Shown piece after piece: positions 7,920 through 13,863 of a stretch of DNA of 32,000 bases. The stretch's first letter is position 1, and each line of letters opens with the position of its first letter. Location: NCBI RefSeq assembly GCF_000189295.2, contig NC_016803.1, positions 1,620,001 through 1,652,000 of the forward strand, given 5' to 3'. The position numbers were made by a program, and so were the translations under genes. This DNA is from Pseudodesulfovibrio mercurii. GTDB taxonomy: Bacteria > Desulfobacterota > Desulfovibrionia > Desulfovibrionales > Desulfovibrionaceae. The notes under the pieces were generated by a model, which saw only the letters and a list, made by a program, of their open reading frames with translations, ran no database searches and was not told where the DNA came from.

Positions 7920-9080
7920 ATGACGAAATCGCCCATTACCCGAGACACCCTGCTGGACAACGTCCGGCGGGTGGTGATCAAGGTAGGCTCGGCCGTGCTG
8001 ACCACCCGCGACGGCCTGAACGGCGCGGCCATCAACCGGCTGGCGGACCAGCTGTCGGAACTGTCGAACCGGGGGCTGGACGTGGTCCTGGTCTCCTCGG
8101 GCGCGGTGGCCGCGGGCAGACAGCGCATCTACGAGCGGACCCGGAAGAAGCACCGCAACGGCAAGGACATGGTCTCCCGGCAGGCGGCCTCGGCCGTGGG
8201 CCAGGGACGGCTCATGCACGACTACGACGAGGCCTTTGCCCGGCACGGCAAGGTCACGGCCCAGGTCCTGCTGACCCGCAGCGGGCTGAAGCTGCGCGAC
8301 CGCTTCCTGAACGCGCGCAACACCTTGGAACGGCTCCTGGAATGGGGCGTCATCCCGATCATCAACGAGAACGACACCGTGTCCACCCGCGAACTGGAGT
8401 TCGGGGACAACGACACCCTGGCCGCCATGTGCCTGGGGCTGGTCGGCGCGGATCTGTTCGTGAACATGACCTCGGCCGACGGGGTCTTCGACCGGAACCC
8501 GGACGGCGATCCGGAGGCCAGGCCCATCCCGCTCATTGAGGACATCGCGGCCCTGGACCTCGAGGCCATGTGCGACGGCAAGAGCAGCGTGGGCACAGGC
8601 GGCATGTACTCCAAGCTGCGCGCGGCCCGGCGGGCGGCCCAGCTGGGCGTGCCCACCCTGATCGTCACGGGCAAGGGCGCCTTCGACATCCCGGCCGTGC
8701 TCGCCGGAGACCAGGGCGGCACCCTGGTCCTGCCCGACGAGCGCGTGGTCTCGAGCAAAAAATTCTGGCTGGCCTACCACGACGACCCGTCCGGGGCCGT
8801 CCTGGTGGACGGCGGCGCGGCCAACGCCCTGCTGACCAAGGGCACGTCGCTGCTGCCCATCGGCATCACCGGGGTGGAGGGCTGCTTCGAACGCGGGGCG
8901 CTGATCTTCATCAAGACGGCGGACGGCGTGGAACTCGGCGTGGGCCAGACCAACTATTCCGCCGACGAACTCTGCCGCATCAAGGGCAAGCGCACGGACG
9001 AACTGGCGGCCATCATCGGGCCCACGGTCTCGGACGAGGCCGTACACCGCGACAACATGCTCCTGGACGCGGCCATCTGA
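7920..9080 (+). CDS. proB: Glutamate 5-kinase (with C-terminal PUA domain)
   Basis: RVVIKVGSAVLT, VLVSSGAVAAG, IINENDTVST.ELEFGDNDTLAA, TGGMYSKL; C-terminal PUA-like GALIFIKTADGVELGVGQTNYSADE. 386 aa. Confidence 0.95.
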   Translation: MTKSPITRDTLLDNVRRVVIKVGSAVLTTRDGLNGAAINRLADQLSELSNRGLDVVLVSSGAVAAGRQRIYERTRKKHRNGKDMVSRQAASAVGQGRLMHDYDEAFARHGKVTAQVLLTRSGLKLRDRFLNARNTLERLLEWGVIPIINENDTVSTRELEFGDNDTLAAMCLGLVGADLFVNMTSADGVFDRNPDGDPEARPIPLIEDIAALDLEAMCDGKSSVGTGGMYSKLRAARRAAQLGVPTLIVTGKGAFDIPAVLAGDQGGTLVLPDERVVSSKKFWLAYHDDPSGAVLVDGGAANALLTKGTSLLPIGITGVEGCFERGALIFIKTADGVELGVGQTNYSADELCRIKGKRTDELAAIIGPTVSDEAVHRDNMLLDAAI

Positions 9081-10288
9081 TGCGCAGGCTCTACCTCGAC
9101 CGCAACCTCCAGTACGTCTTCGGCGTGACGCTCATGGCCGTGCTCGGGGTGTCGTCGATCATCCCGGCCCTGCCCGACATCATGAAGGGGCTCCACCTGG
9201 ACGCGCAGCGGATCGGCCTGGTCATCTCGGCCTTCACCCTGCCCGGCGTGCTCTTCTCGCCCCTGGTCGGCATCCTGGCCGACCGCGTGGGCCGCAAGGT
9301 GCTCCTGGTGCCCTCGCTGTTCGTCTTCAGCGGGTTCGGGTTCGCCTGCTTCTTCGCCGAGACCGTGCAGCAACTCCTGGTCCTGCGTTTCTTCCAGGGC
9401 GTGGGCGCGGCCCCGCTGGGCGTGCTCTACTCGACCATGATCGGCGACCTGTACACCGGCCCGGAGCGCGGCCAGGCCATGGGCTACAACGCCTCGGTCC
9501 TGGCCATGGGCACGGCGGGCTATCCGGCCGTGGGAGGCGTACTGGCCCTGCTCGGCTGGAACTACCCCTTCCTGCTCCCCCTGTTGGCCGTGCCCCTGGG
9601 GCTGGCCATCCTCTTTTTCATGCAGACCCCGGAGCCGCAGAAGACCGGCAGCATAAAGGAATATTTCGCGGCCGCCTACCGGCGAATGAAGACACGCGAG
9701 GCCATGAGCCTGTTCGCCACCACCCTGCTGACCTTCATCATCCTGTACGGCCCGCTGATCACCTACCTGCCCATCCTGCTCAGCCACCGGTTCGGGGCCT
9801 CGTCCGCGACCATCGGGCTGGTCTTCCTGGCCGCCTCGGGCTTCACCGGGCTGGCTTCGTTCCAGCTCGGGCGGCTGACCCAGCGCTTCGGGCAGCGCAC
9901 CCTGCTCTCGGCGGCCGCCGTGTTCTACGGCCTGTGCATGCTCTTCACGCCCCACGCCCCGTCCCTGCTCCTGACCATCCCACCGGTCATCTGCTTCGGC
10001 CTGGCCCAGGGCCTGAACATCCCCACGGTCATGACCATGCTGACGACCATCGCGCCCATGGAACAGCGCGGCGCATTCATGGCCGCCAACGGCCTGCTCC
10101 TGCGCCTGGCCCAGACCGTGGCCCCCATGATCATGGGCGGGCTCTACGCCATGGGCGGCATGAACGCCGTGTACACGGGCGGGTTCGCCTGCGCCGTGGC
10201 CATCCTGCTCCTGGCCCGCTTCTGCATCGTCAACATCGACCACAACGCCCCTCAGCACCCGGCCGGGAACATCGACAAGACAGCATGA
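9080..10288 (+). CDS. MFS transporter
   Basis: 402 aa with about 12 predicted hydrophobic helices and the MFS loop motif GILADRVGRK. ATG overlaps the proB stop (TGATG). Confidence 0.9.
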   Translation: MRRLYLDRNLQYVFGVTLMAVLGVSSIIPALPDIMKGLHLDAQRIGLVISAFTLPGVLFSPLVGILADRVGRKVLLVPSLFVFSGFGFACFFAETVQQLLVLRFFQGVGAAPLGVLYSTMIGDLYTGPERGQAMGYNASVLAMGTAGYPAVGGVLALLGWNYPFLLPLLAVPLGLAILFFMQTPEPQKTGSIKEYFAAAYRRMKTREAMSLFATTLLTFIILYGPLITYLPILLSHRFGASSATIGLVFLAASGFTGLASFQLGRLTQRFGQRTLLSAAAVFYGLCMLFTPHAPSLLLTIPPVICFGLAQGLNIPTVMTMLTTIAPMEQRGAFMAANGLLLRLAQTVAPMIMGGLYAMGGMNAVYTGGFACAVAILLLARFCIVNIDHNAPQHPAGNIDKTA

Positions 10289-10431
10289 CGTCCCTCCGTT
10301 CCCGCCTGCAACACAGGCTCAACCCCCTGCACGTCTACTGCAGGCTTCGCTCGCTGGGTCTGGCCCATCGGCCCGCCCTGATGGTCTCCAGCTGCTGGGA
10401 ACGCGTCCTGTATCGGCGCATCCTGTCCTGA
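10285..10431 (+). CDS. Possible 48-aa small protein, translationally coupled to the MFS gene
   Basis: ATGA overlap with the MFS stop. Basic, Cys-containing peptide MTSLRSRLQHRLNPLHVYCRL.... No recognisable homology. Confidence 0.3.
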   Translation: MTSLRSRLQHRLNPLHVYCRLRSLGLAHRPALMVSSCWERVLYRRILS

Positions 10432-10439
10432 TCGAAGTC

Positions 10440-10456
10440 CGGGCCCCCCCGGCCCG
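10440..10456. terminator. GC hairpin between convergent genes
   Basis: CGGGCC-CCCCC-GGCCCG directly abutting the PadR stop. No U-tract. Confidence 0.3.
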
Positions 10457-10801
10457 CTACGACTCCCGGTAGCGCCGGATGAACGCGTCCAGCCGGTCGC
10501 GCTGCTTCTCCATGTGCAGAATCCACGCCTCCAGAACCTCCAGGCCCTCGGGCGTGACCGAGTAGACCCGCTTGGCCGGGCCGTCGCCCTCGGCATCCCA
10601 GTTGGAGGTGACCAACCCCTCCTCGTCCATCTGACGCAGATGGCGATAGATCATGCCCGGAGGCGCGTCGTCCCGCAAAAAGCCGTAGTCCCCGATGGAC
10701 TGGATGAGCTGGTATCCGTAGGAAGGCCCGGCCTTGAGGGCCATGAGCAGGGAGGGCTGTACGTACCGCTGCGGCTTGGAGCCGCCCACTTTTTTCGACA
10801 T
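10457..10801 (-). CDS. PadR-family transcriptional regulator
   Basis: MSKKVGGSKPQRYVQPSLLMALKAGPSYGYQLIQ...IYRHLRQMDEEGLV...RVYSVTPEG is a PadR winged helix. The upstream part of the track ORF was rejected as hydrophobic and AT-rich. Confidence 0.85.
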   Translation of the reverse strand: MSKKVGGSKPQRYVQPSLLMALKAGPSYGYQLIQSIGDYGFLRDDAPPGMIYRHLRQMDEEGLVTSNWDAEGDGPAKRVYSVTPEGLEVLEAWILHMEKQRDRLDAFIRRYRES

Positions 10802-10817
10802 GAGTGCAATGTCCTTC

Positions 10818-10847
10818 TTGACTATAGGTGCTTTAAGGATATATATA
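10818..10847 (+). promoter_or_regulatory. Candidate sigma-70 promoter for the small basic protein gene
   Basis: TTGACT (10818-10823), 17-nt spacer, ATATAT/TATATA (10841-10847), in an AT-rich divergent region. Confidence 0.4.
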
Positions 10848-10892
10848 CAGTATAGACCAATGTCCATTAAGGCACAAGCCAAGGAGACAATC

Positions 10893-11105
10893 ATGAAGAT
10901 TTTCGTACGTGAACGCATGCGGGCCGAGGAAGGGACCAGGAAGCCGAGATACCGCGTTGTCGGCATCCAGGGCGGGGATTTGAAGATTTACGCCAAGCGC
11001 ATCCGCCGGTGCGAGCTCAAGGAGCTGGCCGAACAGACGGGTGCCGAGATCGTCTACCTCCCCCGTGACGGCGAAGGGAGTGAGGGGAAGAAGAAGGCCG
11101 CGTAG
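10893..11105 (+). CDS. Small basic hypothetical protein (70 aa), divergent from PadR
   Basis: Strong RBS AAGGAG 6 nt upstream of the ATG. MKIFVRERMRAEEGTRKPRYRVVGIQGGDLKIYAKRIRRCELKELAEQTGAEIVYLPRDGEG.... Coherent codon usage. Confidence 0.6.
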   Translation: MKIFVRERMRAEEGTRKPRYRVVGIQGGDLKIYAKRIRRCELKELAEQTGAEIVYLPRDGEGSEGKKKAA

Positions 11106-11106
11106 C

Positions 11107-11283
11107 GGCTCCCGATAGCGGGCGATCTGCGCATTCTTTCCGGGGGGCTTGCGTCCTCACGTGGTAAGCCACGCTGCGGCGAAAGCCCCCCCGGAAGAAA
11201 ATGCACATCTGACCCACTCTCAAAAGCCTCGTGCGAACGCGGGAGAAGAGCCGCTGCCGGGTGCTGCGCACCCGAATCGCTCC
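11107..11283 (+). repeat. Structured intergenic repeat, copy A
   Basis: Aligns end to end with the reverse complement of 19900-20084. Contains a long imperfect hairpin (11131-11153 / 11180-11204) with an apical CGTGG-TAAG-CCACG hairpin. Confidence 0.85.
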
Positions 11284-11295
11284 AGTTTTTTGAAG

Positions 11296-11335
11296 AAAAA
11301 GGCCTTCGACTCGATACAGAGTCGAAGGCCTTTTT
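11296..11335. terminator. Bidirectional rho-independent terminator
   Basis: AAAAA-GGCCTTCGACTC-GATACA-GAGTCGAAGGCC-TTTTT: perfect 12-bp stem flanked by A and T tracts. Sits between convergent transcription units. Confidence 0.8.
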
Positions 11336-11396
11336 GTGCTCTTTGGCCCGCGAAGCGGCAATAAAAAGTATAGGAAAGGAGAGGGGATGGGGGCCC

Positions 11397-11451
11397 GGGG
11401 GAAGGGGAGAGGGAAAGCCCTTTACAAAGGGTTTCCCTCTCCCCTTCCCCC
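11397..11451. repeat. Long polypurine/polypyrimidine hairpin
   Basis: GGGGGAAGGGGAGAGGGAAAGCCCTTT-ACA-AAAGGGTTTCCCTCTCCCCTTCCCCC: a stem of about 26 bp with one bulge. Lies 22 nt downstream of the MoSto-like gene stop. Confidence 0.7.
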
Positions 11452-11472
11452 GGCCGCCGGAGGCATTCCTTG

Positions 11473-12324
11473 CTAATCCTTGTAGATGATCGTGCCGACG
11501 TGTTCGCCGTCCAGGGCGGCGTGGAGGTGTTCGGGGTGGCGGAGGACATCGATGATCTGGAAGGACTTGAGGGTCTTGGCGTTCTTGAGGAAGGTCAGGA
11601 CCGGACGTTCGACGATGAGGTCGTCGAGGTCGAGCTTGATCAGTTCGTCCACGTGGATCTTGTCGTAGAACTTGAGGGCGTCGCGGTTCTTGGCCTTCTT
11701 GGGGTCGCCGTCGAACATGCCCTTTTCGTCCTTGAGGTAGATAAGCGAGCGCGCGCCGATGTTTTCGGCCAGGAGGAAGGCCCCGGAATCGGTGCGGTGG
11801 GGCGGGATGGAGCCGTGTTCGGCCGGGTGCTCGAAGAAGCCGTAGGGCGGGATGCCGGTGGTGATGGGCAGGTAGCCGAGCTGGCAGTACATGTGCAGCT
11901 GCTCCAGGTGGTCGCCGTGGCCGATGAGGGCGCCGCCGTGCTTGGCCAGGAGGACCGAGAGCATCTCGGCGTTCTGGGCCGAGACCTTGTCGCCGAGCTT
12001 GGACAGGACGCCGGTGGGCATGCCCAGGTCCACACCGATGGAGTAGACGTGGCGGGCCCGGGTGCCGCCGCCGCACATGAGCAGAATCTTGTGCTTTTCC
12101 TTGGCCTTGACCAGTTCCTTGAGGATGGGGAACAGGGCCTTGGCCCCGCGGTCCATGATGGACTGGCCGCCGATCTTGAGCACGTTGACGTCCGGCTGCA
12201 TGCGGAAGTACTCGCTCGCCTCGGTGCCCTTGAGCACGTTGCGGTCCACCAGGGACTCGCCCATGAGCGGGGTGTCGATATGCAGTCTGCCCTTGGCGTC
12301 CTTTTCCTTGATCAGCTTGCCCAT
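11473..12324 (-). CDS. Amino-acid-kinase-fold protein resembling molybdenum storage protein (MosA/MosB-like)
   Basis: 283 aa with VLKIGGQSIMDRG, LMCGGGTRARHVYSIGVDLG, PPHRTDSGAFLLAE and C-terminal GEHVGTIIY. This pattern is recalled from A. vinelandii MoSto subunits. Distinct from the true argB and proB genes in this window. Confidence 0.8.
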   Translation of the reverse strand: MGKLIKEKDAKGRLHIDTPLMGESLVDRNVLKGTEASEYFRMQPDVNVLKIGGQSIMDRGAKALFPILKELVKAKEKHKILLMCGGGTRARHVYSIGVDLGMPTGVLSKLGDKVSAQNAEMLSVLLAKHGGALIGHGDHLEQLHMYCQLGYLPITTGIPPYGFFEHPAEHGSIPPHRTDSGAFLLAENIGARSLIYLKDEKGMFDGDPKKAKNRDALKFYDKIHVDELIKLDLDDLIVERPVLTFLKNAKTLKSFQIIDVLRHPEHLHAALDGEHVGTIIYKD

Positions 12325-12361
12325 GCGGGTGTCCTCCAGGTGTGTTTATGAATTGTCATAC

Positions 12362-12389
12362 ATTGTACCTGCCGGTGGAAAAATGGCAA
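12362..12389 (-). promoter_or_regulatory. Candidate sigma-70 promoter for the MoSto-like gene
   Basis: On the minus strand: TTGCCA (12389-12384), 16-nt spacer, TACAAT (12367-12362). GGAGGA RBS before the ATG at 12324. Confidence 0.45.
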
Positions 12390-12423
12390 GCCGCTTGGAA
12401 TCGCGCCAGGTTGAGCATCATGC

Positions 12424-13617
12424 CTAGATGGAGATCCGCCCCTTGTTGATGATCCAGGTCATGCAGATGCCCACGCCGAAGGCCCAGGCCAGATTGGAGG
12501 CCATGGTGATGCCGAGCATGACCATCATGACGAACAGGCCCGAGCGGGTCTGCACGTCCTGGATGGTCAGGGCGAGTTGCGCCCCGGCGTAGAACAGGAG
12601 CATGCCGAGCACGCCCATGGGCAGGAGGTGCAGGACATTGATGGACTGGGAACCCAGGAGCACGGCCAGGGCCACGAAGAGCAGGCCGATGATCACGTTG
12701 GAGCCCGCGGTGCGCGCCCCGAAGGCGTAGTGCGCGGCCAGGCCGCCCGCGCCGTGGCACACGGGCATGCCGCCCACCAGGGCGGCGAAGACGTTGGCCA
12801 GCCCCATGGAGATGCACAGGGCGCGGTCCGTGACCCTCCGGCTGTCGTTGCCGAAGTATTCGAAGCTCAGGTCCCGGCTGGCGATGACCGCGTTGCCCAT
12901 GGTCATGGGAATCTGCGGGGCCACCAGGGCGACCAGGGCGAAGCCGAAGTCCGCCATGGTCGGGATGCCGAAGGGCAGGATCTCGGGCATGTGCAGCCCC
13001 ACGCGGATGTCCACCAGCTCGCGCCAGGCCCCGAACAGGGTGCCGAAGACCGCGCCCGCCACGACCACCACCAGCCCGGCCGGAAAGCGGTTGCTGCGCA
13101 GGAGCAGCAGGGCGATCAGGCCGAAGAGCACGCCGGACAGCACGGACATGGACACCGGGCCCAGGGACTGGACAAGCAGAAACGGCTCGCACATCCCATT
13201 CATGAGCTGAAGCGGGTTCTTGCCCACGATGAGGTGGACGCCCTTGGACAGAAGCAGGATGCCGGTGGACAGCTGCACGCCCCGGATGACCGGCCGGGGC
13301 ACCAGGCGGGCCACGCGGTCCACCAGGCCGGTGGTCCCGAGGAACAGGAGCATCACGGCCAGGAGGATGCCCGAAGCGGTGATCATCTGGGGCGAGAGTG
13401 CCAGGCCGATGGCGTAGGCCGAGACGACCTTCATGGGCTGGACCGCGATGGGCACCCGGTAGTAGAATCCGGCCAGGAGATACATGAGCCCCACGGTCAG
13501 GAAGAGCCCGGTGGCCGACAGGCCGTTGATCATGATCATGCCGAAAGACAGCGGCAGCAGCGTGCCCAGGTCGCCCATGGAGCCCGCCCATTCCATCCGA
13601 TTGAAACTCAGTCGCAT
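12424..13617 (-). CDS. MOT1-family (sulfate-permease-like) putative molybdate transporter
   Basis: 397-aa polytopic membrane protein. Both recalled MOT1 signature motifs are present: YRVPIAVQPMKVVSAYAIG and GGMPVCHGAGGLAAHYAFGARTAG. Confidence 0.8.
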   Translation of the reverse strand: MRLSFNRMEWAGSMGDLGTLLPLSFGMIMINGLSATGLFLTVGLMYLLAGFYYRVPIAVQPMKVVSAYAIGLALSPQMITASGILLAVMLLFLGTTGLVDRVARLVPRPVIRGVQLSTGILLLSKGVHLIVGKNPLQLMNGMCEPFLLVQSLGPVSMSVLSGVLFGLIALLLLRSNRFPAGLVVVVAGAVFGTLFGAWRELVDIRVGLHMPEILPFGIPTMADFGFALVALVAPQIPMTMGNAVIASRDLSFEYFGNDSRRVTDRALCISMGLANVFAALVGGMPVCHGAGGLAAHYAFGARTAGSNVIIGLLFVALAVLLGSQSINVLHLLPMGVLGMLLFYAGAQLALTIQDVQTRSGLFVMMVMLGITMASNLAWAFGVGICMTWIINKGRISI

Positions 13618-13863
13618 ACGGCTATCCCCTGGTTAATTTCCTAGCACTTTAGGAGGATTTAACAAACTCGGTACAATGGATGCAACCGCAATCTGTTGAC
13701 TTCCCGCGATCTTTTTCACCATATTTTTCTATGGATGTCATGCAATCCGCCGATACCATCACCCGAAACCGCGTTGCGCGGACATTGACAGGGCGTGAAC
13801 CCTGCACATATCATCAAATATTGGTTGCCGCTTTTCCCCGACACGCAGCCCGAAAACACGACC

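Noticed and set aside
12376-12400. Sigma-54-like element TGGCAAGCCGCTTGG.
   Set aside because: It lies on the plus strand pointing antisense into the transporter gene, and its -12 element is TTGG rather than TTGC. The minus-strand look-alikes have wrong GG-GC spacing.
13618-13863. Moco (molybdenum cofactor) riboswitch in the leader of the MOT1-like transporter.
   Set aside because: It is a good candidate location. Reading the minus-strand leader, however, I could not find the conserved Moco-motif core as I remember it (CCUCCGAGCC-type and GGAAAGG-type elements); there is only a loose CCGAG...CCTCC. A cmscan with Rfam RF01055 would settle it, and a hit above the gathering threshold would overturn this rejection.
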